A stretch of DNA of 59,049 bases from a virus (taxonomy: Duplodnaviria > Caudoviricetes). How positions within the stretch are numbered: the first letter of the stretch is position 1; each line of letters opens with the position of its first letter. The translations under genes and the position numbers were made by a program. The DNA lies in IMG/VR virus record IMGVR_UViG_3300035145_003654, positions 1 through 59,049 of that record. One strand, written 5' to 3'. Below the pieces are notes generated by a model. It was not told the DNA's origin. It saw only the letters and a program-made list of their open reading frames with translations, and did no database searches. Of this stretch, positions 16,931-28,625 are shown in pieces.

Positions 16931-18616
16931 ATGTATAAAAAGTGTTATGCCGAATTTGCTGGTAAAAACCAGTATAAGATACACCTCTGGGAAGAAGATG
17001 AATATAAAATTATCCCTTGGCGTAATCCTGCTTATGTAGAGTGCCAAGAAAGAGATGCTCAGTATCAAGGACTAAAAGGTGAGTGGCTTAAAAAAACATA
17101 TGATTGGAATAAGGATACCCCGGGTTTACATTTCCATGATATGCCTGCTTACCAAAAGTTTCTTATTGAAAAGTATGGTACAAATGATGATGTATCTAAA
17201 GGACATAGGGAGGTATTTTTTGATATTGAGATTGAAATGGGTGGGGCCCTTACTGAAGAGTATATTAAATTAGCTCCTAAACCTGTAACTTCAATTGCTT
17301 GGTATGATCGTACTCCTGATGAATGGGTAATTCTTATCTTAGATAAAAAAGATCAAATTAAACATACTAAGGGACATAAGGAAATCATCCCCTGTGCTAC
17401 TGAAGAAGAATTACTTGGTAAATTTATAGAAAAATTTAGAGAAATTAACCCAGATATCCTTGTAGGGTGGAATAGTGACTATTTTGATATTCCCTATCTT
17501 TATTATAGAATTAGTAGAGTGTTAGGTGAGGATTTTGCTAACGCTTTATCTCCTATAGATGTTGTAAAAGATGAAAGTGCTTGGAACCGAAACGGGTGGC
17601 TTAATATTGCGGGGGTTGAATCACTAGACTATATGAAACTACATAAAAAGTTTAGTTTCCGAGATGAACCATCTATGAGATTAGATGCTATTGGAGAAAA
17701 ATATGTAAATTTAGGCAAGGTTGAGTATGATGGTAACTTGGATCGTTTGTTTGAAGATGATATTCAAAAGTTTATTCAATACAACTTTCGAGATGTAGAA
17801 ATACTTAAAGCACTAGATGAAAAGTTTGAGTATATTGGTCTTGTAAAAAACCTATCACATAAAGGAAAACACAATTATGGAGAGGTATACGCTAATACTA
17901 AAACCCAAGACGGAGCCATTTCAGCTTATTTGTTAGGGCAAAATATTGTACCACCTGCTAGAGACCGTAACCCACTTACTAAAAAGAATTATGCTGGTGG
18001 TTATTTGTTTTGCCCCCAAGCAGGACTTTACAAATATATGTTTGATGAGGACTTAACTTCACTATACCCTTCAATTATTATGTCTCTTAATATTGGTAAA
18101 GAAACATATGTAGGTAGAATTATGGATTTGTTTGATGACCGAAACAACCGTTTAGGATTAAATGATCTTAAAGCAATGGATCCTAGTAAGGAACTATGTG
18201 TTGAAAACGTACAACGCAAACAGAATTATATTCGTTGTGATAGAATTATTAAAACTATAGAAGACAACAATTTAGCCATTTCAGCTAATGGAGTAATGTA
18301 CCGTACTGATAAACCATCTGTTTTGTCAACAATACTTTCTAAGTGGTTTGATGAACGTGTTGAATATAAAGGTTACATGAAAAAAGCATACAAATCAGGT
18401 GATAAAGAAAAAGGTGCGTTTTGGCACCAACGCCAACATACAATGAAAATTTTGTTAAATAGTTTGTATGGTGCTACTGCTCTTGGTAGCTTTAGATATG
18501 GTAGTGTAATCCTTAGTGAATCAATTACACTTTCAGGTCAACGAATTATTCAAGAATCTGCTTTGTGTGCTAATAGACATATGAATAAAGTAATAAGGGG
18601 AGAAGTAGAATTATGA
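16931..18616 (+). CDS. Family B DNA polymerase, N-terminal subunit (3'-5' exonuclease, motifs A and B)
   Basis: FFDIE, GWNSDYFDIPY, YNFRDV, DLTSLYPS, KILLNSLYG. Confidence 0.95.
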   Translation: MYKKCYAEFAGKNQYKIHLWEEDEYKIIPWRNPAYVECQERDAQYQGLKGEWLKKTYDWNKDTPGLHFHDMPAYQKFLIEKYGTNDDVSKGHREVFFDIEIEMGGALTEEYIKLAPKPVTSIAWYDRTPDEWVILILDKKDQIKHTKGHKEIIPCATEEELLGKFIEKFREINPDILVGWNSDYFDIPYLYYRISRVLGEDFANALSPIDVVKDESAWNRNGWLNIAGVESLDYMKLHKKFSFRDEPSMRLDAIGEKYVNLGKVEYDGNLDRLFEDDIQKFIQYNFRDVEILKALDEKFEYIGLVKNLSHKGKHNYGEVYANTKTQDGAISAYLLGQNIVPPARDRNPLTKKNYAGGYLFCPQAGLYKYMFDEDLTSLYPSIIMSLNIGKETYVGRIMDLFDDRNNRLGLNDLKAMDPSKELCVENVQRKQNYIRCDRIIKTIEDNNLAISANGVMYRTDKPSVLSTILSKWFDERVEYKGYMKKAYKSGDKEKGAFWHQRQHTMKILLNSLYGATALGSFRYGSVILSESITLSGQRIIQESALCANRHMNKVIRGEVEL

Positions 18617-19539
18617 AACATTTAGAAGATACACCTTGGTGGATTTGTGATGAAGGCGATTATAATTTTTGTGCCTATGTAGACACAGATTCTAATTATT
18701 TTAATGCTGAACCTTTATTAAAGCACTTATATCCTAATTTTGAGGAAATGAGTGAAGAAGAAAAAGATGATGTATTAGAACAAGTAGCTCTCAAATATCA
18801 AGATATTATTACTGGGTATTATGATGAATTAGCTCGTGATTGTTTTAATGTCCAAGAACATAGACTTGAAATGAAAACAGAGTGTGTTATTCGCTCTGCT
18901 TACTTTAGAGCCACCCGTAGATATGCCCAGTGGATTACTAAACAAGAAGGTATTGCTAAAGAGTCACTTGATATTAAAGGACTTGAGTTTAGGAAAGCTA
19001 ATTTTCCTCCTATATTTGGTAAGTTTTTTAATGATATCCTTGAAATGATCCTAAAGGGTACTGAACAAAAAGAAATTGATGATTTAATCCTTAATTTTAG
19101 AAAAACCATCATGTCTAAGGATACAGACATTACTTTACTTGGTAACCCTACTTCAGTTAAGACACTTAATGAATATATTGGTCGCAAACCAAGAGCAGGT
19201 GAGGTAATGACTGAAATTAAGAAAGGGGCACCTGCAAATGTTAAAGCAGCTATCCGTTATAATGATCTACTTAAATTTTGGAACATTAAAGGACATAGTG
19301 AAATAGTTCAGGGTGATAAAATTAAGTGGATTTATTTAATTGATAATCCTTACAAAATTGAAGCAATTGGTTTCTTAAGCTTTGATATGCCTGATAAAAT
19401 GCGTACATTCCTAAACGACTACGCAGATAGAAAAAAATCATTTGAGACTATCCTACAATCAAAATTAGAAAACTTTTATAACGATTTAGGATGGACTTTA
19501 AATTTAAACCCAAACATTAATAAATTCTTTAGCTTCTAA
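18613..19539 (+). CDS. Family B DNA polymerase, C-terminal subunit (motif C, thumb)
   Basis: YVDTDS, RRYA, IKGLE and a clamp-binding-like tail INKFFSF. ATGA overlap with the upstream part. Confidence 0.93.
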   Translation: MKHLEDTPWWICDEGDYNFCAYVDTDSNYFNAEPLLKHLYPNFEEMSEEEKDDVLEQVALKYQDIITGYYDELARDCFNVQEHRLEMKTECVIRSAYFRATRRYAQWITKQEGIAKESLDIKGLEFRKANFPPIFGKFFNDILEMILKGTEQKEIDDLILNFRKTIMSKDTDITLLGNPTSVKTLNEYIGRKPRAGEVMTEIKKGAPANVKAAIRYNDLLKFWNIKGHSEIVQGDKIKWIYLIDNPYKIEAIGFLSFDMPDKMRTFLNDYADRKKSFETILQSKLENFYNDLGWTLNLNPNINKFFSF

Positions 19540-20291
19540 TGATAGCAAAAAATAGATTACAATCAATTATCTCTAAGTATTATCTTGGAGGTAAAGTAGA
19601 ATCAGTCAAATGGATAGTTGAAGGTGGTACCTTAACTATTGATTTTATGTCCCCTACAAAGGATATGATTGGTAGAGTAATTGCTTCAGATTTCCCTATT
19701 GCAACAGAAGGTACACTAGCCATTTTCAACACCTCTCAACTTAACAGGTTGTTAAATGTATTATCAGGTGATTTAGTACTTGATGCTGAAAAAACAAAAG
19801 CAGTACTTACTAAACTTAATATTCAAGATGCTAAATCTACTATTAATTATTCACTTGCTGATCCACTTATGATTCAAAAGGTAGGTGAAGTAAATGAAGA
19901 TGTAGATTGGCAAGCAAACGCTACACTTGAAAACGAAGATTTTCATACCTTTGTTAGAGCTGCCTCTGCTATTCAAGGAAATGAAATTGTAACTGTAAAC
20001 CCAACTGAAGATATTGTAGGTACCCCTGTATTACAATTTATATTTGGTGAGCGTATGGAATTTTCTAACAAAGTAGAATTTCATGTTAATGCTGAATTTG
20101 AAGAAAACGTTAGGCAGGATAATAAAATCCCATTTAGTAGTGAAATGCTCAAAGAAATATTTAATGCCAACAAAACGTCAGATGAATGTCACCTGAGTTT
20201 TGTGGATGAGGGTTTACTTCGTCTTATCTTTACATCTGAAGATGAAAAGGTAGATTCTCAATACTTTGTTGTACGAAAAGCAGATTACTAA
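19539..20291 (+). CDS. Sliding clamp (gp45/PCNA-like)
   Basis: 250 aa, directly after the polymerase, with two alpha/beta domains ending GLLRLIF...SQYFVV. Confidence 0.75.
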   Translation: MIAKNRLQSIISKYYLGGKVESVKWIVEGGTLTIDFMSPTKDMIGRVIASDFPIATEGTLAIFNTSQLNRLLNVLSGDLVLDAEKTKAVLTKLNIQDAKSTINYSLADPLMIQKVGEVNEDVDWQANATLENEDFHTFVRAASAIQGNEIVTVNPTEDIVGTPVLQFIFGERMEFSNKVEFHVNAEFEENVRQDNKIPFSSEMLKEIFNANKTSDECHLSFVDEGLLRLIFTSEDEKVDSQYFVVRKADY

Positions 20292-20302
20292 TATTTATTA
20301 AC

Positions 20303-20872
20303 ATGGCAAGAATTAAATCAGTATATAACGACATAGGTATAGCTACAGATAATATAGTAGATATTATTAGTTATAATTTAGGAGGTGATCGAGATCAAAA
20401 CTATGGAGATTATTTAGATAAGTACATAGAAGGAGGATTTACTAATTGGCAAAAAGATTTAGATAAATACAAAGCAGATTACGATTTTTTTGATGGTCCT
20501 CTTAAAACAGGATATAATGAAATTCACACAATGGGTATCTTAAAAAATCGTCCTGAACTTCATCTTAGAATTGGTCTTGCTATGATGAAAAAAGCTAGAG
20601 AGGAAGGAAGTTTTTCACAACTTTCGGATGAAGAATTTAATAACTTAATAGACGAATTTAAAAAGGATCCTACTAATTTTCAACCTGCTAAACGTAGAGC
20701 AATTTCTATCAAGTACGATAAAGAGCTCCAAAAAGATATTGCTACAAGAAAAGGAATTAGTACTGATGATGTTGTAGCTAAAATGGGAGATTTCCAAAAG
20801 AAGTTTGAAGAACAGCAATTAGAAGAATGGCAAAAACGCCAATGGCAACTTAGAGCTGGAATCATTAAGTAA
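20303..20872 (+). CDS. Hypothetical protein, probably late/virion-associated
   Basis: Preceded by ATATTTAT; ends WQLRAGIIK. Confidence 0.55.
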   Translation: MARIKSVYNDIGIATDNIVDIISYNLGGDRDQNYGDYLDKYIEGGFTNWQKDLDKYKADYDFFDGPLKTGYNEIHTMGILKNRPELHLRIGLAMMKKAREEGSFSQLSDEEFNNLIDEFKKDPTNFQPAKRRAISIKYDKELQKDIATRKGISTDDVVAKMGDFQKKFEEQQLEEWQKRQWQLRAGIIK

Positions 20873-20904
20873 TTTGGCAATTTAAGAATTTTTTCGTATA
20901 TTTA
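20873..20904 (+). promoter_or_regulatory. Sigma-A-type promoter of hsp20
   Basis: TTTGG ... TTCG-TATATTTA. Confidence 0.65.
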
Positions 20905-20911
20905 TTGGCGA

Positions 20912-21436
20912 CTTTAGGGCACCAACCTAGTTTTTATTAACCGTCACCTTAGGGGACACAAAACAAAACAAAATGACACACGTATTATTTAATGAAAATT
21001 ATACTAGTCCACTTGATGTACTAGTTAGAAACTTTTTCGACTCACAAGGCACATTTGATAAGCCTAGTCGACCCAATGTAACACATCCAATTGATGTGTT
21101 TGAAGATCAAAACGGCCTTACACTCGAAGTAGCTTGTACAGGCATTGATAAGAAGGACGTAAATATTAATATTGAAGGTGACGTCCTTAGACTTTCCTAC
21201 GATAAAGGTAAAGCAGAACCTCGAAACGGAACTCATGAAGGAGTTCGTTACTACCACTCTGGTATCAAAAAGAGCAATTTTAATTTGGGCTGGAAAATCT
21301 CTCGTAGATTTAATCTGGCTAAAGCCAATGCTGAGATGGTGAATGGTCTACTTGTAATTAGTATCCCGTTTGCTACTGAATCAAAGCCAAAATCAATTAC
21401 TATTAAGTAATTATTCTTTAGGTTGGTGCCCTGAAG
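20912..21436. repeat. 18-bp long-range inverted repeat enclosing hsp20
   Basis: ctttagggcaccaaccta (20912-20929) versus taggttggtgccctgaag (21419-21436): 17 Watson-Crick pairs plus 1 G-U. Confidence 0.85.
20973..21410 (+). CDS. Small heat-shock protein (Hsp20/alpha-crystallin)
   Basis: PIDVFE..LEVACTGIDKKDVNI..YYHSGI..AEMVNGLLVISIP. Confidence 0.92.
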   Translation: MTHVLFNENYTSPLDVLVRNFFDSQGTFDKPSRPNVTHPIDVFEDQNGLTLEVACTGIDKKDVNINIEGDVLRLSYDKGKAEPRNGTHEGVRYYHSGIKKSNFNLGWKISRRFNLAKANAEMVNGLLVISIPFATESKPKSITIK

Positions 21437-21453
21437 ATCATTTCGTATATTCA
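21422..21453 (+). promoter_or_regulatory. Sigma-A-type promoter upstream of the groES/groEL unit
   Basis: GTTGG ... TTTCG-TATATTCA. Confidence 0.6.
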
Positions 21454-21477
21454 CACGTAATTAAAAAACTAAAAGTT

Positions 21478-21729
21478 ATGAAGTTTATCAAAGACCCTGT
21501 GCTTGAACCTTATTTTATCCAAGTAGACGACCTAAACTACTCAGCGTACCATAAGATTATCCCCGATAGTGGAATACCTTATGATTCGTGTATTGGTCAC
21601 TTTAAAAACCTAGCAACAGCACTTGAGCGTGTTGCAGAACATCAGGTTCGACAGAAGTCTTACGATAGTCTTAAAGAATATATCGAGGAATTGAAATCTA
21701 TTAAAAACGAATTAAAAACTATTGTATAA
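21478..21729 (+). CDS. Hypothetical protein
   Basis: ATG at 21478 after an A-rich leader (MKFIKDPVLEPYFI...). Confidence 0.6.
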   Translation: MKFIKDPVLEPYFIQVDDLNYSAYHKIIPDSGIPYDSCIGHFKNLATALERVAEHQVRQKSYDSLKEYIEELKSIKNELKTIV

Positions 21730-23648
<1,919 letters not shown>

Positions 23649-23657
23649 ATTTAGATA

Positions 23658-23927
23658 ATGTCTGAATTCGAAACAGTAGAAGAGAAACAACTGATCGCAA
23701 AGAGAGTTCCACCGGGTGACCGGTGGACTCTCGTTGCAAGCTCAGAGGGTAAGGTGTATGATACACTTACAGATACTTTAGAAGCATATTTCCAAAAAAC
23801 TAAATTTAACAAAGCATTTTATCTTGATCCTATTGGAAGTGCTTTGTATGCTGTAGATAGGATAGAAGTAGAAATCAAACCAGAACCAATCAAAACATTT
23901 GACTTTTATGGAGACGGCTATCAATAA
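23658..23927 (+). CDS. Hypothetical protein
   Basis: ORF packed between groEL and the clamp loader gene. Confidence 0.6.
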   Translation: MSEFETVEEKQLIAKRVPPGDRWTLVASSEGKVYDTLTDTLEAYFQKTKFNKAFYLDPIGSALYAVDRIEVEIKPEPIKTFDFYGDGYQ

Positions 23928-24834
23928 TAGTTTGTGGGTAGAAAAGTATCGCCCTAATGTACTTACAAATTATGTAGGTAATGAGCACCTAAAAAATATT
24001 GTTAAACGATATTTAGAAGAGAACGATATTCAAAATCTAATCTTCTATGGACCCGCTGGTACAGGAAAAACTACGCTCGCCAAACTTCTGGTTAAGAATC
24101 TTGATTGTGAGTACCTTTATATTAATGCCTCTGATGAAAGGGGTATTGAAACAATTAGAGATAAAGTATCGGGGTTTGCTAGTACAATGTCGTTTAAACC
24201 ACTTAAAGTGGTCATTTTGGATGAGGCTGATTTTCTTACTATCCAAGCGCAAGCTTCTCTCCGGAACGTTATTGAAACGTTCTCTAAAAGCACTCGGTTT
24301 ATTTTAACTTGCAATTATGTAGAGCGTATTATTGATCCTCTACAGTCACGTTGTCAAGTACTTAAAATTATACCTCCAACTAAAGGTGCAGTTGCACAAC
24401 ACCTTTTTAATGTATTATCTAAGGAAAACGTGCAACACAGCACTGACCACCTTAAAGATCTTGTAAACCAATACTACCCAGACGTACGTAAGATGCTTAA
24501 CGTATGTCAGATGAGCGTTAGAGATGGTGAACTAGAGTTAGATAAACAAACACTTGTATCATCTAATTACATTGATAAAGTAATTGAATTATTGCCTAAT
24601 AAAAAATCATTTAAACAAATTAGACAAGTAATTGCTGATTCCAATGTACAAGATTTTGAAGCGTTATATAAAGCTTTATATGAGCGTATAGACGAGTATA
24701 CATCCCGACCTGCAGAAGCAATTATTATTATTGAAGAATATATGTATCATTCAAATTTCCGAATTGATAAGGAAATTAATATAATGGCATGTATTTCTAA
24801 ACTACTTGAAATCTCCGGCAAAGTTGTTATATAA
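23908..24834 (+). CDS. Clamp loader AAA+ subunit (RFC small subunit / gp44-like)
   Basis: WVEKYRP, GPAGTGKTT, INASDERG, ILDEAD, SRC. Confidence 0.95.
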   Translation: METAINNSLWVEKYRPNVLTNYVGNEHLKNIVKRYLEENDIQNLIFYGPAGTGKTTLAKLLVKNLDCEYLYINASDERGIETIRDKVSGFASTMSFKPLKVVILDEADFLTIQAQASLRNVIETFSKSTRFILTCNYVERIIDPLQSRCQVLKIIPPTKGAVAQHLFNVLSKENVQHSTDHLKDLVNQYYPDVRKMLNVCQMSVRDGELELDKQTLVSSNYIDKVIELLPNKKSFKQIRQVIADSNVQDFEALYKALYERIDEYTSRPAEAIIIIEEYMYHSNFRIDKEINIMACISKLLEISGKVVI

Positions 24835-24995
24835 AGATATAATACAGTTTGGAGATCGAATGTTTATGTTGTATCGTACTGTTAAGGTTACTGATAAAGT
24901 AGATGCTAATATACTTAGAAAGCATTGGCATTGCGATACAGTACTAAAAAAAGAAGAATTATATTATTTTTGTAACGAAATTAAAGAAATAGATT

Positions 24996-25238
24996 ATGAA
25001 GAAATCAGAAATGACAGCTCAACCACAAATTGATTTGAGCAAAACTACCTCTATGGAAACTGAAAATGGTGGTAAAGTGTGGCAACAAGGATTTATTCTC
25101 CGCAAAGTTTCCCGCTTTATTACTAATAGCCCAGAAGATGCAGTAATGCCTATTCCTGTGTTTTATGATCCCGAAACAGGTAAAATCTTAGGACAAGGTT
25201 TGCCACCTGAAATTCGAGGTGATTATGACACTATTTGA
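24996..25238 (+). CDS. Hypothetical protein
   Basis: ORF coupled to its neighbours (IDL..T..LRKVSRF..PIPVF). Confidence 0.6.
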   Translation: MKKSEMTAQPQIDLSKTTSMETENGGKVWQQGFILRKVSRFITNSPEDAVMPIPVFYDPETGKILGQGLPPEIRGDYDTI

Positions 25239-25635
25239 TTGGTTAAAAGAATTAACAGGTAAGAAACGAGATTGGGACTCCTTCTCGGACAAAGAGAGGG
25301 AGTCCTTTAATCCTTACATGGTTAACCGTTTTTTATCTATGCACCAGCCATTTGTTGAATTAGTAAATTATGTGCAAACTATACCTTACACTGATAAGAA
25401 AAAATATTATATAGTATACTGTAATTTATTACCAAAACAAAATGTTTGGCTTAAATATATTAAATCTAAAATGAAACAACCTACCTCTGAATTAGTAGAT
25501 GCTATATGTAAAATAATGGAGTGTTCTAGACGTGAAGCAACTAATGCTGTCATTACTTTAGATAATGATCACTTAGAAGAAGTTTTATATAAAGCTGGGT
25601 ATCAACCCAAGGAAGTAGCTAAAATGTTTAAGTAA
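25225..25635 (+). CDS. Clamp loader small subunit (gp62-like)
   Basis: TLFDWL..FNPYMVNRFLS..LLPK..WLKYIK; located near the clamp loader ATPase gene. Confidence 0.7.
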   Translation: MTLFDWLKELTGKKRDWDSFSDKERESFNPYMVNRFLSMHQPFVELVNYVQTIPYTDKKKYYIVYCNLLPKQNVWLKYIKSKMKQPTSELVDAICKIMECSRREATNAVITLDNDHLEEVLYKAGYQPKEVAKMFK

Positions 25636-25636
25636 A

Positions 25637-26665
25637 ATGGGGGATTGGAAACAAATAAAAAATGTTATTTGGTTTAGGGATAAGATCTTTTTTGAAATGC
25701 CTGAAGGGTTTCAATTAAAAGAAACCCACCCCGATTTATTAGCTTTATGTGAATATGTTCTATTAAAGCCTTGGGAAAAAGGTATATTACAAGGGCATAA
25801 ATTTAGTAGAAAACAAGGAAATAAAATAGGATTAGCCTTCTCCACAGGAAAAGATTCAACAGCTGCTAAATTTCTTTTACCTGATGATACAGTTTTAGGT
25901 TATAACGAAAGAAAAAGTGATTTATCCCGTGATTTAAATCAAAGCAATGCTTATGCTACTTTAAGTAAAATAAGAATTAATGAACCTGATAGGAAAATAT
26001 TCAATATAGCAACTAATCAGGAAGAAGTTAGAATGAACCATAACCTTCATTTGGGATATTCTACAGATTTTTGTGTATTGATTCCTTGTATACTAATGGC
26101 GGATTGGTATAATTTAGGATTTATAGCTACAGGTACTATTTTAGAATCTGCCTATATGTGGAAAGGGAAATATTTTAGAGAATTTTCTGATATATCATAC
26201 ACTAACCACTATTATGATTTATTTCTAAAAGCTGGCTTAGAGCTTGTTTTTCCTGTAGCAGGTGTAGCTGAGGTTTTAACTTATAAAATTGTAGGAGAAA
26301 CATACTTAAAAGACCTTTCACAATCATGTCTTAGGGGAGAGTATGGAACAGTATGTAAAAAATGTGCTAAATGCTTTAGAAATGGGGAGGCTGAATACCC
26401 TTTATCTAGAGAAATTATAAATTCTATTAACAATCATAAACTTTGGGCTAGTACCGCTTACAGATTAATGAAAAATAATGAATGGTATGGACAACAACCT
26501 ATAGACGTTTCATTTTTAGAAAAAGGATATTATCCACCTTATTTAAAACATTGTGGTCCTTTTGCTCAAACAATTAAGGATAACTTATCTAAATTTAATA
26601 TTTATGCTATGGATTCCCAAAGTATTTCTAACTTAGAAAATTTTAAAGAATACCCTAATCTATGA
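25637..26665 (+). CDS. PP-loop (QueC-fold-like) ATPase of unknown substrate
   Basis: LAFSTGKDSTAA and a C-terminal SC..CKKCAKC Zn cluster. Confidence 0.65.
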   Translation: MGDWKQIKNVIWFRDKIFFEMPEGFQLKETHPDLLALCEYVLLKPWEKGILQGHKFSRKQGNKIGLAFSTGKDSTAAKFLLPDDTVLGYNERKSDLSRDLNQSNAYATLSKIRINEPDRKIFNIATNQEEVRMNHNLHLGYSTDFCVLIPCILMADWYNLGFIATGTILESAYMWKGKYFREFSDISYTNHYYDLFLKAGLELVFPVAGVAEVLTYKIVGETYLKDLSQSCLRGEYGTVCKKCAKCFRNGEAEYPLSREIINSINNHKLWASTAYRLMKNNEWYGQQPIDVSFLEKGYYPPYLKHCGPFAQTIKDNLSKFNIYAMDSQSISNLENFKEYPNL

Positions 26666-27444
26666 AAATTCTTTGTATTATACCTTGTTACAAAGCTGAA
26701 TCTACTCTAAAAGAGGCTATAGAGTCTATCCTTAAACAATCCTATACTAACTGGGAACTTGTCATAGTAGATGATGCATCCCCCGATAAATCTTACAAAA
26801 TTGCTCAAAGTTATTCTAAAAAATACCCTAATATTACAGTATTAAAAAACCATACAAACCAAGGGTGTTATTATAGTAGAAATAGAGCTCTTTATTATAT
26901 GAAAGATAAAGAATGGAATGTATTTACAATACATGATGCTGATGATACTTCTACCCATGATAGGTTTAAAATTTATGTAGATACGTTTTTAACCTACCCT
27001 AAACTATCTGTAATAGTAGGTATTTTTAATGGTATTAGGTGTAATCCTTGGAGAGGACCCCAACCTAGATATTATAAAGAAGGTGAAGCTACTGGAACTA
27101 ATTGGTATAAAAGAGACATATTTAAAACTTTTGGTTATTTTGATGATACTAGGTTTGCTGGGGATAGTGAATATACCGAAAGAATAACAGAATTTCTAAC
27201 CAGAATTTTACCTGAAGATAAAACCCCTAGAGAGTTTAGAAATGAAGTAATGCAAAAACTTGATCTTAAATATTCTTATACTTACACCACAGGATTTCAT
27301 CCCCAAGGAAACTTAACCCAAAATTATAAAAAACCTGAAAGGGTAGAATATAAAAGCCAATATACCGAAAAACACCAAAACTGGAGGGAACCAGAAGAAT
27401 TTTACACCAGCTTTGAACCCTCCCCAGAAGATATTATATTATAA
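26662..27444 (+). CDS. Glycosyltransferase family 2
   Basis: IIPCYK..WELVIVDDASPD..SRN..HDADD. Confidence 0.88.
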   Translation: MKILCIIPCYKAESTLKEAIESILKQSYTNWELVIVDDASPDKSYKIAQSYSKKYPNITVLKNHTNQGCYYSRNRALYYMKDKEWNVFTIHDADDTSTHDRFKIYVDTFLTYPKLSVIVGIFNGIRCNPWRGPQPRYYKEGEATGTNWYKRDIFKTFGYFDDTRFAGDSEYTERITEFLTRILPEDKTPREFRNEVMQKLDLKYSYTYTTGFHPQGNLTQNYKKPERVEYKSQYTEKHQNWREPEEFYTSFEPSPEDIIL

Positions 27445-27446
27445 AA

Positions 27447-27641
27447 ATGGACAGTATTGTAACCTCAGTTATAGAACAATTCACCACTCGAGCTGAAATG
27501 GGTGAAAAAAAGTATGGTGTCAATTTAGACAGAGAAGATCTTAAATTTCAAGAGTGGATTACTCACATGAAAGAAGAATTAATGGACGCTATACTTTATT
27601 TAGAAAAATTAGAAAAATTATATGAAAGTAAATCAAAATAA
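27447..27641 (+). CDS. Small conserved-type phage protein
   Basis: G.KKYG..L.R.DL...EW..H..EELMDA.LY. Confidence 0.65.
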   Translation: MDSIVTSVIEQFTTRAEMGEKKYGVNLDREDLKFQEWITHMKEELMDAILYLEKLEKLYESKSK

Positions 27642-28098
27642 CTTAGGAGACTTTGCTATAGGTCTTAACTTATTTAATTGGATCCTAGATAACATTCCTC
27701 ATGGTTCTACTATTCTAGAATTAGGAAGTGGAACAGGGACACACGAACTAGGAAAAATATATAATACCCATTGCATAGAAGATAATAAAGATTGGGTGAA
27801 TAAATTCCCTAATTTAATATATCATTATTCCCCTATTAAAGAAGGATGGTATGATAGAGAATGGTTAGGAAATCTTCCTAAAGATTATTCTCTTCTTATT
27901 TTTGATGGTCCTCGAGGAGATATAGGACGAACTAAAGTATTAGAAAATTTAGATTTATTTAATCTTAAGATCCCTATTATTATAGATGATACCCACCGCG
28001 AAGTTGAGTTAAGAATCGCAAATAAACTTATAGAAATTACGGGTAAATCCTCTATAGAGATTAAAGAACATAATAAATCAGCTTATATTATATTGTGA
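27622..28098 (+). CDS. Class I SAM-dependent methyltransferase
   Basis: ILELGSG, FDGP, IIIDDT.R. Confidence 0.75.
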   Translation: MKVNQNNLGDFAIGLNLFNWILDNIPHGSTILELGSGTGTHELGKIYNTHCIEDNKDWVNKFPNLIYHYSPIKEGWYDREWLGNLPKDYSLLIFDGPRGDIGRTKVLENLDLFNLKIPIIIDDTHREVELRIANKLIEITGKSSIEIKEHNKSAYIIL

Positions 28099-28625
28099 GC
28101 CAATTTATTATAACAGGATGCCCCCGAAGTGGAACACGTTATGCTTCTAAATTTTTTAATGTAGGACATGAGTGTATTAATAGCAATGGGGTATCAAGTT
28201 GGTGTTTAATAAAAAACCCTCCTTTATATGGACCTTCATTAAAGGAAGTCCAAAGCAAATTTCCAGGGATATCTATATACCACCAAATAAGAAACCCTGT
28301 AGATACTATATCTTCATTTTTGTCCATGAAGGAAAAAGCTTGGGAATATTTTACTATACAACTTAAATTAGACCCTAAATCTTCTAAACTAAAAAAGGGG
28401 ATGGAAATTTATTATGAATGGAACCAATTGGCTAAAAATATAGCAGATTTTACTTATTGTTTAGAAGAAATAGAAACTGTTTTTCCACATATAAAACCTT
28501 TTTCTAATAAGAAGGAAAATACTCGCCCTCATTTAAATTATGCAGAGGAAGATCTGCTAAAAGAAGATAAAGAGTTGTGGGATAAAATAAAAAAAATATA
28601 TGCCCAAGAAACCTCAAATACTTAA
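28095..28625 (+). CDS. Sulfotransferase-like protein
   Basis: ITGCPRSGT (5'-PSB loop) and IRNPVDTISS (3'-PB motif). Confidence 0.7.
   Translation: MSQFIITGCPRSGTRYASKFFNVGHECINSNGVSSWCLIKNPPLYGPSLKEVQSKFPGISIYHQIRNPVDTISSFLSMKEKAWEYFTIQLKLDPKSSKLKKGMEIYYEWNQLAKNIADFTYCLEEIETVFPHIKPFSNKKENTRPHLNYAEEDLLKEDKELWDKIKKIYAQETSNT

Noticed and set aside
18590-18660. Polymerase pseudogene or intron/intein
   Set aside because: All catalytic motifs are intact, the ATGA coupling is clean and there is no inserted sequence. Treated as a split gene pending a read check.
20873-21477. CIRCE operator at the chaperone genes
   Set aside because: No TTAGCACTC-N9-GAGTGCTAA. The symmetry present is the long-range inverted repeat reported separately.
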